Source of the DNA: a virus
Lineage: Duplodnaviria; Caudoviricetes
Strand: one strand, 5' to 3'
IMG/VR virus record: IMGVR_UViG_3300030708_001462
Span: 1-33,975 of that record
Length of the DNA stretch: 33,975 nucleotides
Shown here one piece after another: positions 7,601 to 17,756 of the stretch (the first letter of the stretch is position 1; each line of letters opens with the position of its first letter). The position numbers were made by a program, and so were the translations under genes. Below the pieces are notes generated by a model. The model did no database searches, was not told the origin of the DNA, and saw only the letters and a program-made list of their open reading frames with translations.

Positions 7601-10600
7601 TGAACATCAACACCACTACCAACTTGACGTTGACCAACTATCAATGAACCAAGTGCTTCAGACTTGCTCATGGGCTTTTCTGGGTCAGTTACGTACTTTG
7701 CGCGCTTTTCTTGACCACCCTTGACAAGTTCTTTGAAGTCACGACTTAATTTTTGATCTAACTGCGCTATTTCTTTTTGCACCTCTTCAAGCATACGTGT
7801 TTTTTGAAATGTATCCACTTGAGTCGTCAACGGAGTTTGTGTTTCCTTCTGTATCTTTTTCATTTTAAATACAGAACTCAAACTATCTTTGACTTCCATA
7901 ATCTTATCTATGGCTTGTGCAAAGAATCCATTTCTAAAGTCTTGTCTAGCACTTGAACCGGCTGGCTCTAATAACTTCTTTTGTTGTGTTGGAGGTAACT
8001 TGTTTATCTCCTCTGTAGTAAACACATCTCTTCTACCTATAGCAACATCATCACGATTTTTCATAACCAATTCATTTAGGTCAGACTCAAAAATGCGATT
8101 GTTGTCTATTTGCTGCATTAAGTAGTTTCTATAGGTTACAGGTGCATCAAGTTCTTGCACTGCTATTTTTAAATGCATTTTATCTTGTGATGACAAACCA
8201 TCCAGGTTGTATGATGTTTCTACCTTGCCTTGTTTTGCTACCAAGTCATCTCCATACAAGTTGTAAGAAGCAAACTCTGCTGGTTTGATTTGTTGTGATT
8301 GCAACATGCCTCTTACTTTACGTATACTTTTGGCAAGTTCAGTACGTGACGCCATTGCAATCAAATCTGTACGTGCCTTGGGAGTGCCAAAAGTATTTCG
8401 TGTAATACTTACAATGTTTTCTAAGTCACCTATTTTTGGGCTTACAGTGAAAAACATACCACGACCCATTACAGTCGTAAGTATACGCTTTGCATTGTGT
8501 ATTTGTTCTAAAAATACTTTTACATCTGGTTGTTTTCCAGCACGATTGTAGATGTCCTCCAAGTACTTGTAGTCTACTTTTTTCTTTGTAGCCCTGTGCT
8601 TTTTGATTGCTTTTTCTAAACTTCCTAACTGAGCAGCATCGTCAAGTATTAAAGACATTTCATCGTATTGTTCTAGCATCTTTGGTATCTGTTTGTTTTT
8701 CTTCATTTGTGCAAAGAACAACTCATCCGCTACTTCTACATCTCCACCTGATTCTATATATGCTTTGTGATACAGTGTGTCTTCTACGCCTTTTATGTCA
8801 ACTTCATCAACACCATCAACCCGACCTTTTAAAACTTCCCTTGCTTCTAAGTTGCGTGCCATATCGTCAGACATATACAAACGCACGTCTCCAAGAAGTA
8901 CGTTGTCAAGTTTTTTGGCAACCTTTGGAGCAACGACCCTTTGGGTTAGGCCTATAAAGTTAGCATCGTCAAGTATTTCTTTTGTTGCAGTTCGCTCTAG
9001 CGCCTTTAATCCTTCTACCGCAGATTTATAGTTGTCCGCATTGTAGACAGCCTTCTGTGCTTGGTACATTTTAATACCTGCTTTAGAGCCTTTGATTGCA
9101 CCTGTAAGCACAGCCATGTCGGGTGATAGAAAGTCTGCTGTCAAACCAAAAGCCTGCATACCTAGTTTGGTTGCCCCATCAATATTTAGACCATCGGCTA
9201 GAGCCGTGTTAAAATCTAGATGACCTCTGTTTCGGGCAACTGAATCTACCATTTCACCAAGTAGACTGTCTGGTTCAAACTCTACCACTTCATCTGTAAA
9301 TGGTATGTCTAATGCCATACGCTCTGTATACAACGGGGCATTTTTTCTACGTTCCTTCATACGTATACGAGTTGCCATTTCAGGATCATAGTACGACTCA
9401 CCTTCTGGCAACTCTGGCAACACACCTACCGCTTCAAGTGCTTCTGCACCTGCACCCATAAACTTTGCCACCTCTTGTTCTGCAGCCCTTTGAGTAGCCG
9501 TTGCAAATGCATTGAAAGGTGAAAACGCTACACGAACATAATGACCAAATGGAGTCTCCGCAGTCCCACCAAGCGCAGTACGGACCTCCATATTCCCAAC
9601 TTCTTTAAACTTATCTAGATTCTCTAGGACACGCTTCTTTTGGTCAGGGTCTTGAAACCATTGCCCAACACCAAGATTTGTAATCGCTTCAACCTTTGCC
9701 ATTGCCCTGGCTTCATGTGGTTGTACAACATAATCAGGTGAGTTTATGCGAATAGGTGATAACCCAAACATTGTAGCATTGTACTGTTCCCGTATAGAAT
9801 CATCTATTTCTGGACTGTAAATAATTGCTGCTGTTGGACTTGATATAATATGGTCCAATACAGGTTGACTTATTGCCCTTTTTATACCATCCACTTCATA
9901 ATAAAACATGCGTGGTGCAGAGCGCATCTTTTTTTCAAAGTTTCGATCTACGTATAAATCTACTTTGTCTCTGTTAAGTTTTTTAAAGTATGCAAGTTGT
10001 GCTCTAGTATAGTCGGGTATCTGTCCAGGTATAACTTGTCTTGAATACGCATTGATATATGGAGTGGAGGTTAACCCTTTCATTTCGGAGTCTATTTCCT
10101 CTTCGGTCAATGTGGGTATTTTTCCTGTTAATATATTTGTGTATTGTTGCAGTGCTTCTTTATAGAGTTCTACATCATCTTTTCTTGGTGCTCCAACACC
10201 CTCAAATGCAAGGTTTTCAATACGCAACTGCTCATACAAAGCCCTAAATGCTTGTACTTGTTCGGGTATTTCCTGTGGTGTAAATAACGGTTTGCCATCA
10301 GGTGTTTGCAGTTCTGTCAACTTTTGTGGCAATTGCTGTTCTATTGTTTTTATTACATTTACTAAGGTTTGTCCTTTACGACCAGTCACATCCTGCTGTC
10401 GTTTTAGTGCTGTTGTTCCTTTTAAAGGAGGTGCTCCTTTTGTAATTGATTGAATCGGTGGAGCATCATCTGGCTCTAAACCTGTACGCTCAACTTTACT
10501 ACCATGCTTGGCGACCTGACCGCTACCAAGTATCGTGTATATTTCATCCAGTTTGGCTTGTCGCAACTCTTCTGAACGTTCAAGTCTTGCACTTGTCTCT

Positions 10601-10731
10601 ATCGTTACTTCAAGTGTTTTGACCAGTTGGTCATAGACTTCTTCGGGCAGTTCAGCAAGTTCTTCTGAACTTGGAGGATTTATTATTCCAAACTTTTCAA
10701 AGTCTTTATCGGTTATATCTGTTCGTGCCAT
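4609..10731 (-). CDS. Large internal virion / DNA ejection protein (2040 aa)
   Basis: Size, position after the tail genes, a central coiled coil, and C-terminal LFDYNNLYDFERK..FWNFQRQN pattern resembling large podovirus internal proteins. Confidence 0.65.
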   Translation of the reverse strand: MARTDITDKDFEKFGIINPPSSEELAELPEEVYDQLVKTLEVTIETSARLERSEELRQAKLDEIYTILGSGQVAKHGSKVERTGLEPDDAPPIQSITKGAPPLKGTTALKRQQDVTGRKGQTLVNVIKTIEQQLPQKLTELQTPDGKPLFTPQEIPEQVQAFRALYEQLRIENLAFEGVGAPRKDDVELYKEALQQYTNILTGKIPTLTEEEIDSEMKGLTSTPYINAYSRQVIPGQIPDYTRAQLAYFKKLNRDKVDLYVDRNFEKKMRSAPRMFYYEVDGIKRAISQPVLDHIISSPTAAIIYSPEIDDSIREQYNATMFGLSPIRINSPDYVVQPHEARAMAKVEAITNLGVGQWFQDPDQKKRVLENLDKFKEVGNMEVRTALGGTAETPFGHYVRVAFSPFNAFATATQRAAEQEVAKFMGAGAEALEAVGVLPELPEGESYYDPEMATRIRMKERRKNAPLYTERMALDIPFTDEVVEFEPDSLLGEMVDSVARNRGHLDFNTALADGLNIDGATKLGMQAFGLTADFLSPDMAVLTGAIKGSKAGIKMYQAQKAVYNADNYKSAVEGLKALERTATKEILDDANFIGLTQRVVAPKVAKKLDNVLLGDVRLYMSDDMARNLEAREVLKGRVDGVDEVDIKGVEDTLYHKAYIESGGDVEVADELFFAQMKKNKQIPKMLEQYDEMSLILDDAAQLGSLEKAIKKHRATKKKVDYKYLEDIYNRAGKQPDVKVFLEQIHNAKRILTTVMGRGMFFTVSPKIGDLENIVSITRNTFGTPKARTDLIAMASRTELAKSIRKVRGMLQSQQIKPAEFASYNLYGDDLVAKQGKVETSYNLDGLSSQDKMHLKIAVQELDAPVTYRNYLMQQIDNNRIFESDLNELVMKNRDDVAIGRRDVFTTEEINKLPPTQQKKLLEPAGSSARQDFRNGFFAQAIDKIMEVKDSLSSVFKMKKIQKETQTPLTTQVDTFQKTRMLEEVQKEIAQLDQKLSRDFKELVKGGQEKRAKYVTDPEKPMSKSEALGSLIVGQRQVGSGVDVQQQEMANTLMWMLNRCFYDKQTKMAASAVDEITGVTTVLNSNIWTSAARPLIEEEIQQLAKRSVANPRRMWEYFQEYVNELDELLQTDPYILGFDPATDQVIRVRLVDPDQGYQTLKTVSNVELENLMEEITVGGYFHAEGNRINHRYLTDVVDKELTQLNVQNVLPDVQIDQELFEQVIRDTLPFVWRNTDVYKVLLQNVEGVVKDAQFQQVLKKLNDMVDIDTLDVHKSIEVDFNRIVKEEMQPMQENVKATKKKLDDELPGQLEAIKQKHDDIYDRANQRLKDDRELKEKRAISNVRQRANKLIEKAGRRSDEATVLRAQRDKKIRELERKYVKDAEQTRKQLRARRTKNRTIEQEALKADNARLKEDLDTQLRDYELSIRENFQINMAGKDVSEALEWYIRNYSQADPDFSTLQTLIRGEVFTPEDIDKVARQSIDYSEVIMRNKNLDITSAPTLTEVDDVMSKMFGPNNEKFGRLLLGDSYDDIKNLYVSQGITGAQQNLKKIIQNEPGSFDFVMKFMDIMTPIFYFGILAARTRFHGMNFLTAPYLTFQTLGRFSNPIPGFNVVRNGGRIGAKGADDVVVRSSDGLTFTNREVFELIERSGVKSEYNFIKSMFNDGSLMRYLKAYEKPGVGYGKWAIDNMYSGIEFMNQIGTHTDMMWRASIFIDAIKNGSSVEEATGMARVSLFDYNNLYDFERKNVMKVTVFWNFQRQNIAAFSRALLNPTMLNRYVRIYKSKRDMNAVFADINDGKRYPYEMYMPEYTQTRMIYGQQQGLANNRQLLMSPSIPALEAVMFYTDILAKGPLPVIQERSRKLLSPTVGMVIGTKEEKYKSKKIKPEFINAIGAYNDDPQAIADAFSLMPGFGTIEPKFVGHDAVGNVNGYIYPLNEAQQKQYAAFEDGIGFIGMMVGFTDYSRALNPQGTPYEGLTPLQRMLALTGVLTPARQKSIVDQQLLNLQRINSELRKRENLEVDLGKGAILRRVKPKDNPSEER

Positions 10732-12612
10732 TTACTTACCAAAGTTATTGTAATCATCCATAACGGCAATGTATTGAAGTTCTAAAAACTCCAATGCTTT
10801 CTTGCGGTTACGCCCAGTCAAATTAGAAGTAAGTTCCTTTTGTGCTGATTTGTACAGTTGGTCAATCTCTTCTATTTTCATGTCACTTGATACAGGAAAT
10901 AGCGACATAACCAACTGTGCATCCTTCTCAGACAACCCACGGACAGTTTTAGCAAGTGCCATGTAATCCTTTGGATTCTTGTCCATTATACGTTCAACCT
11001 TTTTTTGTTTACGGTATTCTTTAGGGTTCATGGTCTTTTGCAGTTCAGTTAAAATCTGTACCTTTGCTTTGTTGTATTCGGGACTGGTAGGCCCCATTTG
11101 TTTACTTGCATCAATAATCAGTTCAAGGGCTCTGCGTTGCTTTTGTGCTGATGTTCCAAACTTAACGTCATCAAACTGCGCTGCATAACCAACTTGTGGT
11201 GCTTCAGGCTCTAACTCTAAAATCATTTGTTCCACAAATCGTTCGCCTTGATATGGAGTCGGCATAGTTTCTGGTCTAAAACCACCAAACTTTGCTGGGC
11301 CAAAATCACTTGGCAACGCTTCCATAAACTGTGCCGACCTGGCTGGTGGCTGTCTTATGTCTGCAATGTCATCGGTAAATGTTTCTTCCGTTAGGTTTTC
11401 TACTGTAGATGGCTGAAACTCAAAGTCCATACCCAACGCTTCCATTTCTTCTTGTCTTGGTGCTGGTTGTTGCTGCATCATAGGTTGTGTGTCAGCACCA
11501 CCAACCATCATTGGTTCATCACGCACACCATATTGTTGCATTGCATCTAAGTTCTCAAATGCTTGTGTGGCTTCTTGTGGCTCTGTGAAAGATTCTTCTA
11601 CCATTGGTTGAACAGCGGGTGCTGGTTGTGGCTCACGACGGAATCTATCACGTAATCTTTGTCTTGGTTGCTCAGGAAACGACTCTCCGTACACCCGACG
11701 CATTTCGTCGATGCCATTAAAGGTAGGTCGCTCCTCAAACTCCAATGCATCCATTTCGGCTTGCAGTTTACGCATACGTTCTTGTCTGCGTTCAATCTCA
11801 GGGTCATAGCCTGTAAACTCTGGAAGGTCTTCTAGTGTTTTAGCAGCAGGTATTACTGCTCCACCACCACCACCACTACCTGTACTAGTGCGAATGGTTC
11901 TCTTTGCTGCCTTCTCTAACAATGCAGGTCGTGCAGTGACCGTTGCTTTACGATAAGCGTCTAATTTGTCTTGTGCTAGTTTCTGTGTACTTTGAGACTG
12001 TTCAATGTTTTTTTTAAGCCTGTCAATGGCTTGCTGTATAGTCTGCAAATCAGAAATCTGTGTACCTGACAACAAATCCGGTGCAACCTCTGCCAATGTT
12101 TGACCTTTCTTTTGTGCTTCTACAAGTTTTTGACGGTCAGCACGTGCAAGTTGCTGTGTCCTTAAAGCCCTATCTGTAATAGATTGCAAATCTTTTAAGT
12201 ATTGCTCTTGAGTCGGTATGGTTCTAGTTTCACTTGTACCACCACCACCACCACCAGGTGCTCTAGTTGGCTTGTACTCTGGCGACCGTGCCTTGATACG
12301 TTGGTTTTCAACTTCACGTGCTTCATTCACAGTAATTTGTTTGATACGAAGGTCTTCAATAGCCTTACGCTCTGCTTGAATCTGACTCTGTAGATTCTGT
12401 CGCAGTTGTTCTTGTCGTTGTTGTCGGTCTTGAAATGACAGTTGCTCTTGCTCCATTTGGCGCAATGCTTCTCTTTGAGCCTCTTTAATCAACATGTACT
12501 TTTGTTGAGTTACCAAGTCAGCCCATGACTGTCCACTGGTTGTCTTACGTGGGTCACGACCACTACCAGTGATGACATATACCCCTTGTCCACCTACTTG
12601 TTGAATCGCCAT
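10732..12612 (-). CDS. Putative internal virion / ejection protein (626 aa)
   Basis: Q/E-rich coiled coils with poly-Gly linkers; middle gene of the three-gene ejection-type cluster. Confidence 0.55.
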   Translation of the reverse strand: MAIQQVGGQGVYVITGSGRDPRKTTSGQSWADLVTQQKYMLIKEAQREALRQMEQEQLSFQDRQQRQEQLRQNLQSQIQAERKAIEDLRIKQITVNEAREVENQRIKARSPEYKPTRAPGGGGGGTSETRTIPTQEQYLKDLQSITDRALRTQQLARADRQKLVEAQKKGQTLAEVAPDLLSGTQISDLQTIQQAIDRLKKNIEQSQSTQKLAQDKLDAYRKATVTARPALLEKAAKRTIRTSTGSGGGGGAVIPAAKTLEDLPEFTGYDPEIERRQERMRKLQAEMDALEFEERPTFNGIDEMRRVYGESFPEQPRQRLRDRFRREPQPAPAVQPMVEESFTEPQEATQAFENLDAMQQYGVRDEPMMVGGADTQPMMQQQPAPRQEEMEALGMDFEFQPSTVENLTEETFTDDIADIRQPPARSAQFMEALPSDFGPAKFGGFRPETMPTPYQGERFVEQMILELEPEAPQVGYAAQFDDVKFGTSAQKQRRALELIIDASKQMGPTSPEYNKAKVQILTELQKTMNPKEYRKQKKVERIMDKNPKDYMALAKTVRGLSEKDAQLVMSLFPVSSDMKIEEIDQLYKSAQKELTSNLTGRNRKKALEFLELQYIAVMDDYNNFGK

Positions 12613-12613
12613 C

Positions 12614-13465
12614 TTACTTTCCTCCCATCAACATTTGTATCGCCTGCAATGCCTTTGCCGCATCCTCTTGTCTAGCAGTGTCTGTTGCGTACATCGATGT
12701 CGGTGCTACACCTTTTGATGTAATAATAAGTTGCGCTTCTTCAGGCGTTAAGTTGTATTGTGAACTTAGTATTTCTTCTTGTTCAGCAGGAGGTTTGGTT
12801 GCAATAGCCGTTGCCAATGCCTTACCTACTTCACCGGCTTGTGCATCTCTCATAGCCTGTTGTGTTTGTTGTTGACCCAACTGACCCAACAAACGCTCCA
12901 TACCCAACTGACCAACATATGTTTCAGCAGCAGACTGGAATGGGGCTGTCAACCCTTCTGCCCTGGCTCTGCGATATTGAGCCTGTGCCGCTTCAAGGTC
13001 TTTTATCTCTTGTTCTTGTTGTGCTTTCCGTGTTAAGTCCATGCCTAGTATTTGAGATGCCAAATCCGCTTCTAGACGCTGTCTACTTTCATCCTGCATC
13101 TGTTGACCTAGCAACGCCATTTGTGGCTGCGCTGTGGGCTGTGTAAGCCTTGCACGTTCTGCTTGTGCATATTGTTGAGCCTGTTGACGTGCGGCACGCA
13201 TTTGTGATTCAATCTGAGCGCGCTCTTGCTCTGTTAAACCAAGCGCACCCATCTCTTGTTTACGCTGCATCTCACGTAGTCTTTTTCTTTGGTCACGCTC
13301 ATACTTGCTTGGAATGATGTCTGGCAACGCACCAACAGCAGTTCCTGCTCCACTTAACAACGCACTTTGACCTAATGTATTCGCACCCAAAGCCGCTCCA
13401 CCTTTTGCCGCTGCGGCTTTCAATGCCATCAAACCTGCTGTTGTACCTACTGTTCCGATTGCCAT
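12614..13465 (-). CDS. Putative small ejection protein (283 aa)
   Basis: Gly/Ala-rich hydrophobic N-terminus followed by a Q-rich helical region, as in podovirus pilot/ejection proteins. Confidence 0.6.
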   Translation of the reverse strand: MAIGTVGTTAGLMALKAAAAKGGAALGANTLGQSALLSGAGTAVGALPDIIPSKYERDQRKRLREMQRKQEMGALGLTEQERAQIESQMRAARQQAQQYAQAERARLTQPTAQPQMALLGQQMQDESRQRLEADLASQILGMDLTRKAQQEQEIKDLEAAQAQYRRARAEGLTAPFQSAAETYVGQLGMERLLGQLGQQQTQQAMRDAQAGEVGKALATAIATKPPAEQEEILSSQYNLTPEEAQLIITSKGVAPTSMYATDTARQEDAAKALQAIQMLMGGK

Positions 13466-13472
13466 AGTTCAC

Positions 13473-14189
13473 CTACACATGAAATGTTTCTATTGTAAAA
13501 GACTGACAGTTAATCTGCCCCTTCTCAACTTTGGCATTAACTGCCACTGAGAACTTATATCTGCCTGCGTTCAATGTTAGCATACGAGTCATCATTATGC
13601 TTCGATGACCTGCCTCTTCACCTTCTTCTCCTGCGTCTATTGGAGGTAGCGGTGCACTTGATCCCGCTGTATCAAACTCAAATACATACGCCCTAGTTCC
13701 GTCAAGACGGGTTATCAATCCATCCTTTTCATATTGAAGTACAAACTTATTGTCCCAAAGGTTTTGCCCTGGTGCTTTGGTAACAGTGCTGTTTGTATTA
13801 GCAAATGCTTTGGCATAGAATGTAATCATAATCTTTGTATTGTTCTTTAAAATGACTACTTCTGCACCAGTGTTGTTTAATGACTGAAAGTCTTGGACCG
13901 TAGGGCTGACTTGATTACTGCTCTTAGTGGTCGATGTGAACCAAGTAAATGCTTGTGGTAGTCGTATTTTCGATACACCCTGAAGAGTCTTAGAAACAAA
14001 GTCACCAGTTTGTACAGAAGTAATAAGACGAGGGGTAGCAATACTCTCTCCAACAAAGGTATCCACAGATACGTCAGCAGCAATGATTTCTTGGTTGACA
14101 TATTCCCTCAATGCATCTTCATTGGATGCGTGGTTGGTGGCTGATAAGACAGATCCATTTGCGTATGTATACGGTTTGGTAAATGCCAT
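13473..14189 (-). CDS. Putative tail/virion protein
   Basis: N-terminal FTKPYTYANGSVLSA..N attachment-like motif; beta-rich; coupled to neighbours. Confidence 0.55.
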   Translation of the reverse strand: MAFTKPYTYANGSVLSATNHASNEDALREYVNQEIIAADVSVDTFVGESIATPRLITSVQTGDFVSKTLQGVSKIRLPQAFTWFTSTTKSSNQVSPTVQDFQSLNNTGAEVVILKNNTKIMITFYAKAFANTNSTVTKAPGQNLWDNKFVLQYEKDGLITRLDGTRAYVFEFDTAGSSAPLPPIDAGEEGEEAGHRSIMMTRMLTLNAGRYKFSVAVNAKVEKGQINCQSFTIETFHV

Positions 14190-14857
14190 TAGTTCTCCAC
14201 TACAATAACTTGTATGTGATTGTGCTGAATGTTAACTGTATTGGATGCATACCCTACACATGCTTGAAGTTCAATCGAATCAATGACGTTGTTTGGTGCA
14301 AGTGTAGCCAATCCACTAAAACTAAAGTTACGGTTGTATATTTTGCCTGCTGTAGATGTAGTTTGATTTGTCAAGGCTGCTTTACCAGTAAAACTATATG
14401 TGCAATTTGCCACGTCAACAGTGGTTGTGCTTCCACCAGTGGTTACGCTCATTAGCAGCCTAAAAGCAAAAGTGTTGTATTCAATTTGTGCATAAGTCCC
14501 TTGACCATCTCCAGCACCTGACAGTACCGATTCTGCTATTAAACCACTTGCATGTACCCTTACTACAACATGCCCATGTGTTGCATAGTTTGGAAGAACC
14601 TTGCTTGGAGTACCCGCAACATTTTCTATGGTTGCAAAGGTGGTACTACTGGTCGACCAGTTTGCACTTGCATCGTAATCAAATGTGTACAAACTTGTAA
14701 TGCTATTAGAACCACTAAAATGCTCTCTTTGTGCCCACTCTGTGTCCAAGTTAACATCTTTTATTGTATCACTAGCAACACTATCATAGACAGCATTTAG
14801 TTGTGGTGCGGTGGGTGCTTGACCTTCTCCAAAGTATTGATTTGTTATTCTTCCCAT
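14189..14857 (-). CDS. Putative tail/virion protein
   Basis: N-terminal YFGEGQAPTAPQLNAVY motif; Ser/Thr-rich beta protein in the tail block. Confidence 0.55.
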   Translation of the reverse strand: MGRITNQYFGEGQAPTAPQLNAVYDSVASDTIKDVNLDTEWAQREHFSGSNSITSLYTFDYDASANWSTSSTTFATIENVAGTPSKVLPNYATHGHVVVRVHASGLIAESVLSGAGDGQGTYAQIEYNTFAFRLLMSVTTGGSTTTVDVANCTYSFTGKAALTNQTTSTAGKIYNRNFSFSGLATLAPNNVIDSIELQACVGYASNTVNIQHNHIQVIVVEN

Positions 14858-14859
14858 CT

Positions 14860-15579
14860 TTACCTCTTAGTATTGCATGCCCATATGGATGCACCGTATA
14901 TTTCCATTCTTGACATTATTGTATCTACAGTAACTGTATCCGGTGGAGTATTGTTTGCTTGCCATTTAAGTTCCAATCTCACAGGCTGACTTCCAACAAA
15001 CAGTTTAAATGGCACAGATAAATTAGACAACCTTGGATACACTCTGCCTGTTTCAGCAATCAATACATCATTGCAAAATAAACCCCATCGACTCCACCAC
15101 TGTTCACCACGAATCTGATTAGAACCGGCTGTTATTTCCAAAACATCAAAACCATGACGGAAGTTTATATCAAAGCACCCATTGAGTGTACCACTGTGAG
15201 CGTCAAACTCTAACACCAAATCATTAAAAACAGCGTCTATATCACCCAAATTATTCCATCCACTTGACCAACTGTTATTTTGCAGGTCAAAATTAAAAAG
15301 TGGCTTGTGAACACTTACACCAAGTTCATACGTGTTCCATCTGCGAACAAAGTGGTAGTCTTGTGTTTGACCCTCATGTTTAAAACCAAAGACATTGGCG
15401 GTGCTTTGCGATGTTAGTGTTGATGGTGTTAATTTAAATTTATCTACAGTAGCCACTGGAAAGTTCTGACCATCCAGTTTACCATTGTACTCACCTACGA
15501 CCATACGTGTATTGTCGTTGATGTTCTCAGGTTTTACCTGGTCAAGGTTTTTTTGTCCTACCTGTGTAAATACTTTCAT
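14860..15579 (-). CDS. Putative tail/virion protein
   Basis: 239-aa ORF directly after the nozzle gene with ATGA coupling. Confidence 0.55.
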   Translation of the reverse strand: MKVFTQVGQKNLDQVKPENINDNTRMVVGEYNGKLDGQNFPVATVDKFKLTPSTLTSQSTANVFGFKHEGQTQDYHFVRRWNTYELGVSVHKPLFNFDLQNNSWSSGWNNLGDIDAVFNDLVLEFDAHSGTLNGCFDINFRHGFDVLEITAGSNQIRGEQWWSRWGLFCNDVLIAETGRVYPRLSNLSVPFKLFVGSQPVRLELKWQANNTPPDTVTVDTIMSRMEIYGASIWACNTKR

Positions 15580-17756
15580 CGTGACACCTTTGTAGACTGG
15601 TTAAGTGCTGGCATCGCAACTGAGTCTGACAGAATGTTAAACGACAGTAAGTGCCACTGTTGAGAGTTTGTAGTTCGTACACCAAACTTAAACTGGTCAC
15701 ACAGTTCTGTATTGACATCGTATCGCAATGTAATCAATCTTCCTTCTGCAATCTTACTAGAGTTCACTGTAAATGGAACTTTGGTTACTGACAAATCAGC
15801 AGGACCAAACACAGCATCTTCCTTGATGGTATACACCGTTTCACTCTTTGCTTGCTTCTGAGTAGATGTTGTGCTTTCGGTATACGAATAATCAATGCCA
15901 TAAAAGAAGTCAAACCCATTGTCTCCATATGACATGATGCGAAGTTCAACACTAAAGTATCGCACCTTGACACTGTTTTCATTTGAGTTGTACCAAGCAC
16001 TCTCCCACTGATGACCGTTGTGCGCTGTATCTGTAATGGCAAAGGTAACATTGTCACCATACGCACTGATTTGACACCCTTGGCCCCAAGTAGAACTTGA
16101 ACTCATAACCTGTAGTGGACCAAACTTCTTGGTGGTAGCATCTAACGCTGGTGTCCAGTTTGGGTCATTGCCCAATAAAAAGTATCCATTTACTGTTGTG
16201 GTCATAGCCGACCAATAACTATTAGATGGAGTTTCTAGGTCAGTACGAATAGACCACATTGGGTTTTGAGGGGTCAAATGCAAAACAAACCCAAAATCAG
16301 GAGTTGTAGAATCGTCTGTTGGTAGATGCATCCATACTTCTTTTTCCCGATAGGAGTATGCTGCGATTGCTTTATGCATCATTGAACGATTAACTCTACG
16401 CAACAGTTTATCGATGGGTTTGCTAATCTTTTGCATGCTTATCGACGCACCACCGTTTAAGCCACCAGAGAGCATCCACACGCCTTGTTCGTTGATAAAC
16501 ACAACACCTAACTGTGGTATAACTACAACTGCTTTGCTGGCTACTGTGCCAAGCGTGTTAGTGATGGTGCTGATGTTATAACTATCTGTATCAAAACTTA
16601 TTATATTTATAGCCGTTTCACGGAATACAATTAAATTATTATAAAAGGCTACCAGTTGTGTAATGTCTCCACCAGTTTGGTTGCCCAAATCAAAGTATGC
16701 CAATGCTCCAAACTGCTCAAATATACCCTTGTCAGAATAAATGATACGGCTGCCTGCTGCTAGCCACAATCGATTGTCCCATACCTCACCAAACTTCCAG
16801 TCTGTAGTTATCGGTGTACTTGCTATAAAAGAAGGGGCTTGGTCTACCAAGAATCTATCAGGCATAGCATCTATGTAGAATCGACTTGAGTTTTCGTCTA
16901 GTTGTGACACAAAGTAGTACAGTTCACCGTTGGTTGCTATCTCTTTGGTTCGATAGATTCGTCTTGCCACTACACCGTCTTGACCTATTGGCAAGTCAAG
17001 CGCAACACCATACCGTTTGTTTTGCGCATTTGGAATCGACCATGACACACTTTGTGCAGCACTTAATGGAGACTCTGCACCCAAGTCAGAAATCATAGTC
17101 ATTTTGTAGTTGTACGTGTACTGTACATTTTCCGTTACATCGCCCAAACCATACTGAGAAACTTTATTGTAAGCAACAGCAGCACCACCACTTAATACTT
17201 GATTGTTTTGATACTCAGTGGCTACGTCTAACGGGTCACAACTTGGAGTCTGTAATACAAAACCAAAATCTCTATAAACTTGGTCACCACTAAACAGTAT
17301 TGCACGGTCTCTACCGTTGATAATCAAAAGATGTTGTCCTAGGTTTACAAACTGACTACCAACATCTCCCAACTTAGGTATGTATCTGTCACTGTCTATT
17401 GTTACCAAGTCATTTTCATAGAAAGTACCTGTATACGTTGCACCCTGTCCTTTGTTACCAATGGCGTAGTACAGTCGACCAGACTGCTCAATGAATGTAT
17501 ATATGTCATTTGTGCCTTGTCTTTTCCATTGATAGACAGCATCAACTTTGTCAGTAAAGTACTTTTGTACAATGGCACTTGTAACAGTCCAAGATGCAGG
17601 CGCATGCCACCATGACTCAAACCCAACATTTGCTTTCCAACCGCCTTCAGAAACGTATCTGCAGTTGTTTACAGTGTTAGCGTCCCCAATATCAGGCATC
17701 AATACTTGACTAATACCTTTACATGGTACAAAACGTTTGAACCGTTGTGGCTTCAT
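15576..17756 (-). CDS. Tail nozzle / tubular protein B-like (beta-propeller)
   Basis: 726 aa with WDNRLW..IIYSD, GGDITQLVAFYNNLIVFRE and GVVFINEQGVW..KISKPI blade motifs; follows the adaptor gene. Confidence 0.75.
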   Translation of the reverse strand: MKPQRFKRFVPCKGISQVLMPDIGDANTVNNCRYVSEGGWKANVGFESWWHAPASWTVTSAIVQKYFTDKVDAVYQWKRQGTNDIYTFIEQSGRLYYAIGNKGQGATYTGTFYENDLVTIDSDRYIPKLGDVGSQFVNLGQHLLIINGRDRAILFSGDQVYRDFGFVLQTPSCDPLDVATEYQNNQVLSGGAAVAYNKVSQYGLGDVTENVQYTYNYKMTMISDLGAESPLSAAQSVSWSIPNAQNKRYGVALDLPIGQDGVVARRIYRTKEIATNGELYYFVSQLDENSSRFYIDAMPDRFLVDQAPSFIASTPITTDWKFGEVWDNRLWLAAGSRIIYSDKGIFEQFGALAYFDLGNQTGGDITQLVAFYNNLIVFRETAINIISFDTDSYNISTITNTLGTVASKAVVVIPQLGVVFINEQGVWMLSGGLNGGASISMQKISKPIDKLLRRVNRSMMHKAIAAYSYREKEVWMHLPTDDSTTPDFGFVLHLTPQNPMWSIRTDLETPSNSYWSAMTTTVNGYFLLGNDPNWTPALDATTKKFGPLQVMSSSSTWGQGCQISAYGDNVTFAITDTAHNGHQWESAWYNSNENSVKVRYFSVELRIMSYGDNGFDFFYGIDYSYTESTTSTQKQAKSETVYTIKEDAVFGPADLSVTKVPFTVNSSKIAEGRLITLRYDVNTELCDQFKFGVRTTNSQQWHLLSFNILSDSVAMPALNQSTKVSR

